64,000 nucleotides of DNA from Phycisphaeraceae bacterium (GCA_963674705.1 OY771506.1:5216001-5280000); one strand, 5' to 3'; numbered from the stretch's first letter, positions 20,627 to 31,050 are shown. Numbers and translations: made by a program. The notes: generated by a model not told the origin, from the letters alone.

Positions 20627-21034
20627 TCAGCCGTATCCCAAAGCATCAAGATCCTCTTCTTCGAGCCCGAAGTGGTGGCCGATTTCGTGCAGCAGCGTGA
20701 TGCGGATCTGCTTGCGCAGTTCGGTTAGCGCCCGGTTGCCGGAGCCTGAACCGGGGTAGCCGGCCAGCCGCATGATCGGGCCACGGAAGAGCATCATGCG
20801 GTCGGGAAAGTCGATAGCGGTCTCGGTACCCCGCTCGGTTATGGGTGTACCCCAATGCAGGCCACAGAGGTCGTCGTCCGCATCCATCTCCATGTCCGCG
20901 AGCAAAGCCGGGCTGGGCTCGTCCTCCACGATCAGGGGCACTTCCTCCAGCAAATCGTGCAACTGCTGAGGCAGACGGTCGATCGTCTGGTCGAGGATGT
21001 CATCAAAGACCTGTCTGTCGCGGGTGCAGAGCAT
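20627..21034 (-). CDS. Zincin-like metallopeptidase (DUF1025-type)
   Basis: LIVEDEP, LCGLHWG, PDRMMLFRGPI, ITLLHEIGHHFGL. Confidence 0.85.
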   Translation of the reverse strand: MLCTRDRQVFDDILDQTIDRLPQQLHDLLEEVPLIVEDEPSPALLADMEMDADDDLCGLHWGTPITERGTETAIDFPDRMMLFRGPIMRLAGYPGSGSGNRALTELRKQIRITLLHEIGHHFGLEEEDLDALGYG

Positions 21035-22373
21035 GAAACATAGTATACGAGCGGCCTAGCCTGCGGGCCGACCTGCACATCATAGCAAGCCCTCCCACCA
21101 TGATGCACAAACTGCCCGGCTCGGGGACGTCGCGGTAGAGATGTATATACCCGATCTGTTGTTCGGAATCGTTGTACTCTAATCCGTTCACGACGGTGTA
21201 TCCATTTTCAAGGGCGACGCTGATTCCGAAAACTTCGAGTCTACCTTGATATTCAGTTCCCCTGACTATGTCGACAAGTTCGCCGGATTCCAGATTAAAG
21301 TAGTGAAGTGCCCCTTTCCCTACGCCATTGAGGCTTTCGCCTGGAGAACTAACGATCGCGGTCTGTCCATCCAAAGCCACGGCATAGCCGAAGTTGTCGA
21401 TTTGCTCATCACTTTCCGAGTCGAATCGGCCCAACCATTGTCCTGTTTCTACGTCGTAATAATCCGCAAAACCGACCGGACTCATGCTGTTATCATACCG
21501 CCACTCAGGTGCTCCAATCAGAGCAATGCTATTCGATAAGGCAACCGATCGTGCAAACCATACGCCTTGACGCTCGACCGAAGGAGCGAGTTTGTAGAGT
21601 TCTTCGCCGGTTGTGATATCAAATACATAGGCTGAGCCGGCATAGTTATCCGAGACCGTCTCTTCTAATGTGCCGATTACCGCCAGATTCCCTTCGACTG
21701 CAAGCGATATTCCGAACTGTTGTTGCTCGTGTGCATCCGAAGGGATGATCTTTCGTAGCTGCTGGCCCGTGGTCAGATCAAACACATAGGCAGCGCCGGC
21801 GTCTTCTCCAGCGTAATCGTTCTGAAAAGCAGTAACCACCGCGAGGTTGCCACTGATCGCGACTCTTCCACCAAAGTAATCCAGCGAGGAGGAATCATCC
21901 GGGGTAAGCCGATAAAGCTCCTGGCCGGTCTGCACATCGAAGATGTACGCAGACCCCGGATCATCAACCTCTTCGAAGATATCAGTGCCCAGCATCGCCC
22001 CCTGCACCGGGGCTCCGACCAGTGCCCGATTCCCTTCGATGGCTACTTTGATCCCAAAAATGCCCTGCAAGGTTGATTGTGAGGGCGATAGCCGATGCTT
22101 GATCTGGCCCGTCGCGACATCGATCAGATAAGCTGCGCCACCATAAGGAAACACTTCTCCATCCGCCGGTGCCCCGGCGATGATTGTCTGCCCGCTGATA
22201 TCCAGCGCCCAGCCCAAACCGGTCGCAACGCCGGTATCTCCGGGGCTGATCCGCCACACCTGCTGCACCGCAGCCGACAGTGGCGAAACGAAGCTGAGCA
22301 AGGTGATGAGGACGGACCATCTCATAAGAGATAGCTTCCGCGTCGCGAGATAATGGTGGTGGAACCCCGTCAT
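21003..22373 (-). CDS. FG-GAP repeat beta-propeller protein with PEP-CTERM
   Basis: Repeated FGxxVAIxGNxAxVGAP / AGxAYVFD; VPEPGSL-TM-basic tail. Confidence 0.82.
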   Translation of the reverse strand: MTGFHHHYLATRKLSLMRWSVLITLLSFVSPLSAAVQQVWRISPGDTGVATGLGWALDISGQTIIAGAPADGEVFPYGGAAYLIDVATGQIKHRLSPSQSTLQGIFGIKVAIEGNRALVGAPVQGAMLGTDIFEEVDDPGSAYIFDVQTGQELYRLTPDDSSSLDYFGGRVAISGNLAVVTAFQNDYAGEDAGAAYVFDLTTGQQLRKIIPSDAHEQQQFGISLAVEGNLAVIGTLEETVSDNYAGSAYVFDITTGEELYKLAPSVERQGVWFARSVALSNSIALIGAPEWRYDNSMSPVGFADYYDVETGQWLGRFDSESDEQIDNFGYAVALDGQTAIVSSPGESLNGVGKGALHYFNLESGELVDIVRGTEYQGRLEVFGISVALENGYTVVNGLEYNDSEQQIGYIHLYRDVPEPGSLCIMVGGLAMMCRSARRLGRSYTMFHALHPRQTGL

Positions 22374-22531
22374 GTCAGTATCCCTCCGGTTAGCGGATGA
22401 ATGCGGTGAAGCCTCGCCTCGGTGTGAGGGGGACTGTTAAGCCTATCTATCGGCAACAACTGATCGGAAGCCACAGAATGTAGCTATCACGCGTTACTAT
22501 CCCGTTATCAGGAAACCGCTACAATCTTCGG

Positions 22532-23629
22532 ATGCAATCGCGCCCCTACTTTTTTGATCTCACACCCGACACGCTTGCGGAGCAGCTTGCGGGCTACGGT
22601 ATGCCCGCGTACCGGGCGAAGCAGGTCTTGGAGTGGGTGTACAAGCATGGCGTGACCGATCCAGTGAAAATGACGAATCTGGGCAAAAAGGATCAGCAGC
22701 TATTGGTGGAGAACCTCACGTTCGTGCGTGGGCGGGTGTTGGGGCATCAGCTTGCGACGGACGGGACGCAGAAGCTGTTGATCGACTGGTCGCTTGAGGC
22801 GGCAGATGACGGGGGCTTGAATGTTTTGAACGTGCAGGGGGACCGAGCTTCACAGACCGAGTGCGTGATGATCCCGGCGGATGAAAACAAGCCACGCCGC
22901 ACGGCGTGCATCTCCAGCCAGGTCGGGTGCCCGGTCGGTTGCAAGTTCTGTGCATCGGGATTGGGCGGGTTGGATGGCAACCTGAGCGCGGGACAGATCG
23001 TGCAGCAGGTCTGGCAGCTTGGGCAGCTCGAAGGTGTCGAGCGGATCAGCCATGTTGTATTTATGGGGATGGGTGAACCGTTGTCGAACTTCAATGCGGT
23101 GACGGCTGCGGTGAAAACTTTGACCGCTGATTGGGGATTAGGCATATCGGGCCGGCGCATAACGATCAGCACGGTCGGATTACCGGCACAGATGCGCCGG
23201 CTTGCCGAGATCGACATGCCGATCACGCTGGCGATCAGTTTGCATGCACCGAATGATGAATTGCGTCGGCAACTGATCCCTTGGGCGGAGTCGGTGAGTA
23301 TCGAGCAGTTGATTGAGGCGGGCCGGTATTATTTTGACAAGAGCGGCCGCGAGGTCACGCTGGAATACATCCTGCTGGGCGGGGTCAATGACCAGGCGGA
23401 GCATGCGAGGGAGTTATCGCACGTTGCCAGGCGGTTGCGGAGTAATATCAACCTGATCCGCTACAACGAGGTAGCCGGTTTGCCGTACAAACGTCCGACC
23501 GATCAGGATGTTCATCGGTTTCAGCAGACGCTTCGTTCGGCGGGGATCAACTGTCATATCCGTGCCAGCCGAGGCCGGGACATTGCAGCGGCCTGCGGGC
23601 AGTTGCGTCATGAGCACAAGCAGACATGA
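22532..23629 (+). CDS. rlmN: 23S rRNA (adenine-C2)-methyltransferase, radical SAM
   Basis: CISSQVGCPVGCKFCAS, VFMGMGEP, SLHAPN, EYILL, IAAACGQL. Confidence 0.95.
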   Translation: MQSRPYFFDLTPDTLAEQLAGYGMPAYRAKQVLEWVYKHGVTDPVKMTNLGKKDQQLLVENLTFVRGRVLGHQLATDGTQKLLIDWSLEAADDGGLNVLNVQGDRASQTECVMIPADENKPRRTACISSQVGCPVGCKFCASGLGGLDGNLSAGQIVQQVWQLGQLEGVERISHVVFMGMGEPLSNFNAVTAAVKTLTADWGLGISGRRITISTVGLPAQMRRLAEIDMPITLAISLHAPNDELRRQLIPWAESVSIEQLIEAGRYYFDKSGREVTLEYILLGGVNDQAEHARELSHVARRLRSNINLIRYNEVAGLPYKRPTDQDVHRFQQTLRSAGINCHIRASRGRDIAAACGQLRHEHKQT

Positions 23630-23833
23630 TGTAAAATGCCGATAGCCCGATAGTATCGGGTTTCAGATGTAAGCATGTCATCAGCCATAGGCAATTTCCC
23701 GGCTAGCCATCAACGGCTCTTTGTTTTTAGACGATAGCAACCCTTGTATACCCGCGCGGTTGGGCTGTGGTTATGGGTCTATCCCAAGGTGGCCGAACCG
23801 TCACAAAAATGGGCCCAAAACTCGTTTTCGTAT

Positions 23834-26800
23834 ATGACGACAAACGATGACATCACGGCTACGAAGTCAACGCGACGTCCTTGCTGGCGGCTTGTCTACT
23901 TCCTGCTGGCGGCACTGACTCTGTTTGCCGTGCTGTTATGCCTCGGGCTTAACCACCACATCACCGAGTTGTATCGAGAATCGGTCACGGTCAATAACAG
24001 GTGGTCTTCAAAGCTCAAGCTGGTGAACAAGCTCGAAGCCCTGACGACATCCGCCAAGAAAGATGTCGAGCAAGTTCTGTTGAATGGGCATGACAATGAC
24101 AAGGTCGAGAAGTTCGAAAATAAGATCGATCAATTCGATGTACTGCTGGCTTCGCTCGTGGATCAACTGAATAATACCGAAACGACCGATCCAAATGAAT
24201 CTAAAGCCATTATCGATCTGTTGCATGAAGCACAGGCATCGATACAGGGCATGAAGTCTCATTCCATCGACCTGATGTATACCTCGGGTGATGCAACGCT
24301 ATCAACATCCAGTGCGATGCTTGTCGAAATCGACCGGTCCTTCGCGCAGACTTTGCTGGCCTTGGCGCAGATCAGGGAGCAGATTTCAACCAGCAAAGAT
24401 AGCCTGCTGGTCAAGCAGAGTTATACCGCCAACTTTATCCGCAACCTTGAGATTGCTTTCGGTTCGCTTGTCGTGTGCCTGGTTATTATTGCCTCATATT
24501 ACGGGTATCGGCTATCGATCACGATGAAGCGGATCGACGTCGATCGCGAGCTCGCACTTGTCGAACTGAACAATCAGCGGTTGGCTCTCGATCAGCATTC
24601 CATCGTCAGCAGCACGGATATCTGGGGCAATATCATCTACGCCAACGATAAGCTCTGTGAGTTAAGCGGATATACACGGGAAGAACTGCTAAGCCAGAAC
24701 CATCGGGTCCTTAAGAGCGGCGAACATCCAGAGGCGTTCTATAAAGACATGTGGGACACGGTTAAGTCTGGCAAGACCTGGCGTGGTGAAGTCAAAAACC
24801 GTGCCAAGGACGGCAGCTACTACTGGGTAGATGCGACGATTGTGCCTTTCAAGGATGAGCGTGGGCGGGTCACCAGTTATACCGCAATCCGCACGGACAT
24901 CACGGTCCTGAAAGAAGCGGAAGAGCGTAACCGTAAACAGGCCGCCCGTTTGGAGACTGCCACGAAGGGCGCGCAGGTAGGAATATGGGAATATGACATC
25001 GCCCGTGATATTGCTATCTGGGACGATACAACACACAAGATCTATGGATACACCAATAGCCGGGTCGCCCCGGAAGATACTCTCGCAGCCTGGAAGCATG
25101 TCGTCCATCCCGACGATCTTGAGGAAAGCATCAGTAAATTCAATCATTCGCTTCAGACTGGAAGTATGTTCGAGCACGCGCTGAGAATCGTTCGCGCTGA
25201 CAACGGACAGGTACGCCACATCAGAACCACAGCATCGTTTGAATACGATACCGAGGGAAAACCCGTTCGCGTCATCGGCATCATCTGGGATGAAACCAAT
25301 ACATTCAAAGCATCTGAAGAAATCGAGCGCCGTGAAGAGGAAATCCGCGCTATCCTGGATGCTATTCCGTCCTATGTCTATTACAAAGACAACAACAACA
25401 AAATACTAAGGCTTAACCGCGCCGCGGCGGAATCGATCGGCAAGCCTATCAAAGATATAGAAAATCATCAGACCGAAGAATTTTTCCCAAAAGAAGACGC
25501 CAGGAACTATATTGAAGACGACAGGGAGGTTCTTGACAGCAAGCAACCTAAATTAGGTATCGTTGAATCATACAGCACCGGCAATAACGAGCAGATGATT
25601 ATCCGCACGGATAAGATCCCGCTCAAGAATGCCGAGGGTGTGTACGACAGGCTTGTCGCTATCTCGACTGATATCACCGATCATATCAAGAACGAGCAGC
25701 GCCTCAAAGAAAGCGAAGAACGTTACAAGCTGGCGGTTCAGGGCTCGCGCGACGGCTTGTGGGATTGGGACCTGACCAATGACTGTGTTTACTACGCGCC
25801 ACGCTGGAAGCAGATGCTTGGCCTGGAAAGTATCAGTATCAGCGATTCGCCCGATGAGTGGATAAGCCGTATCGATCCCCGGGACCTGGGATCATTTATG
25901 CAGGAGTTCGACCAGCATCTTCGGGGTGAGGATGATGTATTCGAGGTCGAACTGCGGATGCGTCATTACACGGGTAGGATCATCTGGATGCTCTGCCGCG
26001 GCGCCGTTGTGCGTAATGAGGATGGCCGGGCGGTGCGTGTCGCCGGCTCATTGGCGGATATCCACGAGATCAAGCAGGTCCAGGATGAATTACGGCAGAT
26101 CGCAGAGCACGATCGTCTGACCGGGATGCCCAACCGCGAACTCTTCCAGCGTCGTCTTGAGGAAGCAATCGGCCGCAGCCACGAAGACCCGGACTTCAAG
26201 TTCGCCATCCTGTTCTTCGACTTCGACCGGTTCAAGGTCATCAACGACAGCCTCGGACATGGCGTCGGGGATGCGCTGCTGATCGATATCGCGCAACACT
26301 TCAAGAAAGTACTCCGGGCGAACGATATCGCCTCGCGCTTCGGCGGGGATGAATTCGTCGTCTTGTTGAATGACCTGAAGAACTACGATGAAGCCCTGCT
26401 GGCAGGCAATCGGCTGTTAGAGGCTTTCTCAAGCCCACACCTGCTGATGGGCCACGAAGTATTCTCAACCACAAGCATCGGACTGGTGACCAATGAATCC
26501 CGGTACGAACGGGCCGAGGACATGATCCGAGACGCCGACGTCGCGATGTATCAGGCAAAAGAAGCGGGCAGAGCGCAGATCGTCGTCTTCGATCAGCAGA
26601 TGCACGAAGAAGCACTGGATCGTCTTCAGCTTGAAGCGGACCTGCGCGAGGCCCTGGAGAACGACGAGTTTCACCTGGTGTATCAGCCGATCATCAGCCT
26701 GGAAGCCGGGGAGATTCACGGCTTCGAAGCACTACTTCGTTGGGAACATTCCTCACGCGGGCTCGTTTCACCCGATGACTTCATCCCGATCGCCGAGGAT

Positions 26801-27412
26801 ACCGGCCTGATCGCGCCGATCGGTGAATGGGTGTTGCGCAAAGCATGCCAACAGCTTTATCTTTGGAACCACGTGGAGCGCCCGGAGTTGCCGATCTCGC
26901 TCAATGTCAACCTTTCCATGCGCCAGGTTTGCCACCCCGGCATCCTCGACATCATCAAGAGCGCGATCATCGACTCGGGCATCAACGCCAAACACCTTAA
27001 GCTGGAAGTCACTGAATCGACAATCGTCGATGATCGGCACAACATGATCCCGGTGTTGAATCAGATCAAGGAACTGGGAATCAGCCTGGCGATGGACGAC
27101 TTCGGCACGGGGCACTCTTCACTGGGCAATCTGCACAAACTGCCTGTGGATGTGCTGAAGATCGACCGCAGCTTCATCCAGAGCATGAGCGCGAACCGCG
27201 AGCTGGCGGCGGTGATGCACGCGATCATCACACTCGCCCACGAGCTAGGTATGCAGACCGTGGCGGAAGGCATCGAGACCCCCGAACAACTGGTGATGCT
27301 CCAGAGCCTGGACTGCAACTTCGGGCAAGGGTATTACTTCAAGAGGCCAATGAACGCCCGTGCCGCCACCCGCTACCTGCTGGGCCTGGAAGACGAAGCG
27401 GCCTCCGCCTGA
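23834..27412 (+). CDS. Membrane-anchored multi-PAS diguanylate cyclase/phosphodiesterase (GGDEF-EAL)
   Basis: Two TM segments, four PAS/PAC-like repeats, RFGGDEF, EALLRW, DDFGTGHSS, KIDRSF; start uncertain (23744 or 23834). Confidence 0.92.
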   Translation: MTTNDDITATKSTRRPCWRLVYFLLAALTLFAVLLCLGLNHHITELYRESVTVNNRWSSKLKLVNKLEALTTSAKKDVEQVLLNGHDNDKVEKFENKIDQFDVLLASLVDQLNNTETTDPNESKAIIDLLHEAQASIQGMKSHSIDLMYTSGDATLSTSSAMLVEIDRSFAQTLLALAQIREQISTSKDSLLVKQSYTANFIRNLEIAFGSLVVCLVIIASYYGYRLSITMKRIDVDRELALVELNNQRLALDQHSIVSSTDIWGNIIYANDKLCELSGYTREELLSQNHRVLKSGEHPEAFYKDMWDTVKSGKTWRGEVKNRAKDGSYYWVDATIVPFKDERGRVTSYTAIRTDITVLKEAEERNRKQAARLETATKGAQVGIWEYDIARDIAIWDDTTHKIYGYTNSRVAPEDTLAAWKHVVHPDDLEESISKFNHSLQTGSMFEHALRIVRADNGQVRHIRTTASFEYDTEGKPVRVIGIIWDETNTFKASEEIERREEEIRAILDAIPSYVYYKDNNNKILRLNRAAAESIGKPIKDIENHQTEEFFPKEDARNYIEDDREVLDSKQPKLGIVESYSTGNNEQMIIRTDKIPLKNAEGVYDRLVAISTDITDHIKNEQRLKESEERYKLAVQGSRDGLWDWDLTNDCVYYAPRWKQMLGLESISISDSPDEWISRIDPRDLGSFMQEFDQHLRGEDDVFEVELRMRHYTGRIIWMLCRGAVVRNEDGRAVRVAGSLADIHEIKQVQDELRQIAEHDRLTGMPNRELFQRRLEEAIGRSHEDPDFKFAILFFDFDRFKVINDSLGHGVGDALLIDIAQHFKKVLRANDIASRFGGDEFVVLLNDLKNYDEALLAGNRLLEAFSSPHLLMGHEVFSTTSIGLVTNESRYERAEDMIRDADVAMYQAKEAGRAQIVVFDQQMHEEALDRLQLEADLREALENDEFHLVYQPIISLEAGEIHGFEALLRWEHSSRGLVSPDDFIPIAEDTGLIAPIGEWVLRKACQQLYLWNHVERPELPISLNVNLSMRQVCHPGILDIIKSAIIDSGINAKHLKLEVTESTIVDDRHNMIPVLNQIKELGISLAMDDFGTGHSSLGNLHKLPVDVLKIDRSFIQSMSANRELAAVMHAIITLAHELGMQTVAEGIETPEQLVMLQSLDCNFGQGYYFKRPMNARAATRYLLGLEDEAASA

Positions 27413-27440
27413 ACCGAGGCACCTCGAATACAATCTGTGC

Positions 27441-28826
27441 TCAATCAACAAGCGCTTTACCCCCCGCTGAAATCCGCGTAGAATTAGTATCAACGTGGGC
27501 CGTGTAGCTCAGCTGGATAGAGCGGCTGCCTCCGGAGCAGCAGGTCAGAGGTTCGAATCCTCTCACGGTCATTAGCCCACCGGTGAAACAATCTGCAATA
27601 ACCGGAATACCCCTGAAATCCTCGGAAGATTTTGAGCAACCGACTAACTCTCGGCGGCTTGATTTCTGGTCGTTTCCGGTGGTTTCGGACATCTTCTGCG
27701 CCGCATTATGCGCCGCTCTTGATTCGAGCCCTGCCGCCCGGTCAAAGTGGGCGTCGGTCAGTTGCAGGTAATGAGCCGCGGCGACGGCTTCACTGTTGCC
27801 AAGCCACTTGCAGACAACGTGGATGGGATACGCTTCGGCCAGCTCTGTCTCCCGTGTGCTGCGGAGGTTTTGGTACAGCTTGGGCCAAGGCGCCAGGCCT
27901 GCCCGCTTGATGATCCGGTGCAGTTGTGTTCGCAGGTTGGTCCGACTGTCTAGGTATCGCGTGACCACGTGGACATCACCAGGCTCGGCCTGCTCGAATG
28001 CTTCCATCAGGATCGGACGCAGTTCGGGAAACAGCGGGATCATCCTGCTCTCACCACCGGGATGATGCTCAGTCTTCGGGCTCGTGACATGTATTCGGTT
28101 GTGTTCCCAGTTGATGTCCTCCCAGGTCAAGGCCAGCACTTCAGACGGGCAGCGCAGGCCACCAAATCGGGCAAGCGCAAAGATCAATTGCCACTGTACA
28201 TCAGGACAGTGATCCAACACCTTCCGAGCATCTTCACGTGACACGAAGTGATAACGTTTCGGATTGGCCCTCACGTTAGCGGCTAAACCTTCGAACGGGT
28301 TGGAGACGATCAGCCCCCCTTTCATCGCAGACTTGAAAAACTGCCTCGCCCTACCGATCGTGCGGCGTGCTGTGTTTTCAGCCATGCCCTGTGTAGCCAG
28401 GTGCAAGCGGAATGCTTCGGCATCAGCCGGCGTGATGTCTCTCATCGACCGCGGCGTCGTGAAGTATCCGAGCAGGTGATCCCGGGTGATTTCGAGATTG
28501 CGGCGCGTGCCCGGTTTGATGTCCTGCCGTCTTTCGATGTACGTGTTAATGAACACTTCAAGAGTGGACGTGTCACGAGCTTTGCACAGTCCCACTTTAG
28601 CAAGTTTCTTGTGCAGCACGTCATCAAGCGACGCGAGCCAGCGTGAAGTATCATCACGTGGAGCGTGCTTATGAATGGCGGAGGCGACCAGATCCTCAAC
28701 CTTGACCTTGACCGATTCGGCATGCCGAAGCGATAGCTTCCCGAGCCGGATCGTCCGACGTCGACCATCGGCGCCGAAGAACACAAGGCGCTTACGTCCA
28801 CCAGGATCATTGCATATACTCGCCAT
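27441..28826 (-). CDS. int: Tyrosine recombinase (phage-type integrase), 461 aa; ORF reads through attL and antisense across the tRNA
   Basis: GGLRCPSEVLAL, PKT, YQNLR, WLGNS, AHY catalytic-region motifs; ATG 28826 follows the xis stop. Confidence 0.92.
   Translation of the reverse strand: MASICNDPGGRKRLVFFGADGRRRTIRLGKLSLRHAESVKVKVEDLVASAIHKHAPRDDTSRWLASLDDVLHKKLAKVGLCKARDTSTLEVFINTYIERRQDIKPGTRRNLEITRDHLLGYFTTPRSMRDITPADAEAFRLHLATQGMAENTARRTIGRARQFFKSAMKGGLIVSNPFEGLAANVRANPKRYHFVSREDARKVLDHCPDVQWQLIFALARFGGLRCPSEVLALTWEDINWEHNRIHVTSPKTEHHPGGESRMIPLFPELRPILMEAFEQAEPGDVHVVTRYLDSRTNLRTQLHRIIKRAGLAPWPKLYQNLRSTRETELAEAYPIHVVCKWLGNSEAVAAAHYLQLTDAHFDRAAGLESRAAHNAAQKMSETTGNDQKSSRRELVGCSKSSEDFRGIPVIADCFTGGLMTVRGFEPLTCCSGGSRSIQLSYTAHVDTNSTRISAGGKALVD
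27498..27571 (+). tRNA. tRNA-Arg(CCG), CCA not encoded
   Basis: Acceptor GGCCGTG/CACGGTC, D arm GCTC/GAGC, anticodon arm GCTGC-CTCCGGA-GCAGC, T arm AGAGG-TTCGAAT-CCTCT. Confidence 0.96.
27559..27573 (+). repeat. attL core CCTCTCACGGTCATT (tRNA 3' end)
   Basis: Exact copy at 48293-48307. Confidence 0.9.
27697..27716 (+). promoter_or_regulatory. Putative integrase arm-type site pair (left arm)
   Basis: TGCGCCGCATTATGCGCCGC; 19/20 identical to 48223-48242. Confidence 0.7.
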
Positions 28827-28827
28827 A

Positions 28828-29046
28828 TCACTCACCTGCTTCACGGATTGTATCAACACGCTTGGACTTGTCGATGAATTCTCGGAGGTCGGCGGGATCG
28901 ATGCGCACACTCCGGCCGAACCTGACTGCGGGCAACTCACCCGACTTCACCAGGCTGTACACCGTGCGCCCTGTCACGCCGAGCATCTTGCCGGCGTCAT
29001 CGTAGGACAACAAACACTCTGTCGGGTTATGGATTGCAGCGGTCAT
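28828..29046 (-). CDS. xis: Excisionase-like HTH DNA-binding protein
   Basis: LLSYDDAGKMLGVTGRTVYSLVKSGELPAVRFGRSVRIDPADLREFI; directly upstream of int. Confidence 0.85.
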   Translation of the reverse strand: MTAAIHNPTECLLSYDDAGKMLGVTGRTVYSLVKSGELPAVRFGRSVRIDPADLREFIDKSKRVDTIREAGE

Positions 29047-29059
29047 ACTTCATCTCCAA

Positions 29060-29266
29060 TTACGTTGCTTTCCCAGTCTGAATATCTTGGCGATTGCCCT
29101 GCATGTCGTGATTGATTGGCTGAACCGATACACACCGCAGCCCGTGGCTTCGCAATAGCCTCTTGAGCACGCTTCGCAGCCTGTCCACCGGCATACGTTG
29201 ATACATATCACGGACGGCCAGCTCGGTTTTGATGTGGAGAACAAACTCAGTCGGACGCTGATTCAT
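29060..29266 (-). CDS. Small basic hypothetical protein of the rep-xis-int operon
   Basis: 4-bp overlap with the rep stop; RLRSVLKRLLRSHGLRCVSV. Confidence 0.6.
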   Translation of the reverse strand: MNQRPTEFVLHIKTELAVRDMYQRMPVDRLRSVLKRLLRSHGLRCVSVQPINHDMQGNRQDIQTGKAT

Positions 29267-30147
29267 GTAAACACCGCCTCACTAATTCGGCCCACAGGCA
29301 GTGTGTGCCCATCGATCACAACGCCCTGGCTGTTAGCCCCTGCGTTCATCCCGGGTGTAATGACGAGTGTCTTTTCGTCTAGTGTGATGCTTGCGATGTA
29401 ACCGTCACGACAGGCAGTTGCGATGTCCCCGGGCGTAGGCTGTTTGGTAGGCCCATCACCGTCACGCAATCGCCCAATCATCACGCCGACCCGGTTTTTC
29501 GGATTACCCGTGATTGTGAGCCAATGGCGGATAACGGTATCAGCGGTGGTAATCTCGGCGAGTTCCGCGGCTTTCGATTTCGTTACCCCAATTCGGACCA
29601 TCGCAGCAGAAGCCGCGTTGTTGCTGGTTTGTTCCGGTGCCTTCTTAATACATTCGTCTGGCCGCCGGGCCAGTGTTTCCGCGCCGCCGGGCCAGTGTTT
29701 ATGCGCCGTGTGACCAGTGTTTATTGCGCCGTCGGGACAGTGTTTCCCAGTATTATCACTTGCCGTCGGGACAGTGTTTCCATCCACCAAGATGCCGCCC
29801 AATACACTGGCCGGACGGACAGGGTTTAACAGATGGTATCTGTTCGACCTCGAGCGTCCACCCTTGCCCCGACCTGACCCGGTTCGGTCGCCACGGTCGA
29901 CGGCGATCAAGCAACAGTCCTCCAAATTTTTAATGCATTTAACTGTGTTGCTCTCAGACATTCGTGCCAGCTCTGCAAGTAGTTTTAGCCCGGGCCAGAC
30001 AACACGGTCGCTCGAACACTTACCACTCGCGAATCGTGTTAATTGTGTGTAAACATCACGAGCACCGCCACGTACATCACGCCACTCTTGAGAGTCAAGC
30101 ACGTTGGCAGGTATCATGGAAAAACCTGGGCGATGTTCACCCATCAC
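29263..30147 (-). CDS. Phage-type replication initiator with N-terminal winged HTH
   Basis: FSMIP..ARDVYTQL..WPGLKLLAELARMSESNTVKCIKNLEDCCLI..SNRYHL pattern; internal iteron array. Confidence 0.72.
   Translation of the reverse strand: MMGEHRPGFSMIPANVLDSQEWRDVRGGARDVYTQLTRFASGKCSSDRVVWPGLKLLAELARMSESNTVKCIKNLEDCCLIAVDRGDRTGSGRGKGGRSRSNRYHLLNPVRPASVLGGILVDGNTVPTASDNTGKHCPDGAINTGHTAHKHWPGGAETLARRPDECIKKAPEQTSNNAASAAMVRIGVTKSKAAELAEITTADTVIRHWLTITGNPKNRVGVMIGRLRDGDGPTKQPTPGDIATACRDGYIASITLDEKTLVITPGMNAGANSQGVVIDGHTLPVGRISEAVFT
29661..29779. repeat. Five iteron-like direct repeats inside the initiator gene (putative origin)
   Basis: GCCG-N6-CAGTGTTT at 29661, 29683, 29705, 29728, 29762 (spacing 22, 22, 23, 34). 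Confidence 0.75.
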
Positions 30148-30334
30148 TCCGCCCCTTCAAGTTGTAAGAGGAAAAGTGCATCCCTAATATGGAATTGTGA
30201 GTGAACCGAGTGAAATGTGAGGGTAAGATATTCATAGATCGCCTCGCCGCTTGGCGCTCGCCCTTCAAATTTCGAGCGTTATGCGACGCTTTTCATACGT
30301 TGAATATGAAGTTGCCTAGCACGATCAGCATGCA

Positions 30335-30562
30335 TCAGGTCGAAGGAGCAACCGCGGGACACCCAGCATCAATCCATTGGCGGACTTCATCCGAGCGCCA
30401 ACGAACGAGGTTGTAGCCGAGTCTGATCGGTTGAGGCGTTTGATTACGCTTGGCCATTCTCATCACGGTACACGCGGACACGTTTAGCAACTTTGCAACG
30501 TCGCCAACCGTGAGCAGCTCAGATTTTTTACGATCGGGTTTGGTAGCTTGGGGCTGGGTCAT
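30335..30562 (-). CDS. AlpA-family phage transcriptional regulator
   Basis: LLTVGDVAKLLNVSACTVMRM..PQPIRLGYNLVRWRSDEVRQWIDAGCP; GGAGG RBS. Confidence 0.85.
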   Translation of the reverse strand: MTQPQATKPDRKKSELLTVGDVAKLLNVSACTVMRMAKRNQTPQPIRLGYNLVRWRSDEVRQWIDAGCPAVAPST

Positions 30563-30772
30563 AGCGAAAAACCTCCACTCAGCGCGTCACCCGCCATCGA
30601 CGGCATGCTCGCTCGGGAGGTCATTAGCCTGGAAATGCGAAAATGTGCCGCTCGCGGTTCCGGCAAATCCGCAAAAATGTGGATTAGCAACCAGTAGAAA
30701 TGATAAAACAACAACTATAGCAATGGGTTATGAATTAAAAGAAAACCCAAACCACTTCGCCGCTCTACATAC

Positions 30773-31050
30773 TTGTTGTCATACGACCTGCCCGACCGCG
30801 ATGCGGCCAAGGTATGGATCATCCGTAACCAGCTTGGGCGCCGCAATCTCAACCACTTCCAGCGTGGGCGTCTGGCGCTCGAGCTTGAAGATCTGATTAT
30901 GGGGCGTGCAAAAGACAAGCAACGTGCAGCCGGTGGAGCGGTTCCGCAGAAATCTGCAGAAGCGCCTATCAAGACAGACAAAGAACTCGCGGTAATCGCC
31001 GGCGTCTCGCACGACACCATCCACAAAATCAAGCGCATTGAAAAGTCGAA
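30773..31050 (+). pseudogene. Internal fragment of a ParB-like protein
   Basis: DRDAAKVWIIRNQLGRRNL..ELAVIAGVSHDTI HTH; N-terminal domain absent, 3' end runs antisense into the next ORF. Confidence 0.55.

Noticed and set aside
28827..28940. 38-aa N-terminal extension of the integrase
   Set aside because: Overlaps xis in another frame; ATG 28826 directly after the xis stop fits better
30148..30335. Upstream in-frame extension of the initiator through a TAA (possible readthrough)
   Set aside because: No recognisable protein features or recoding signal; likely chance
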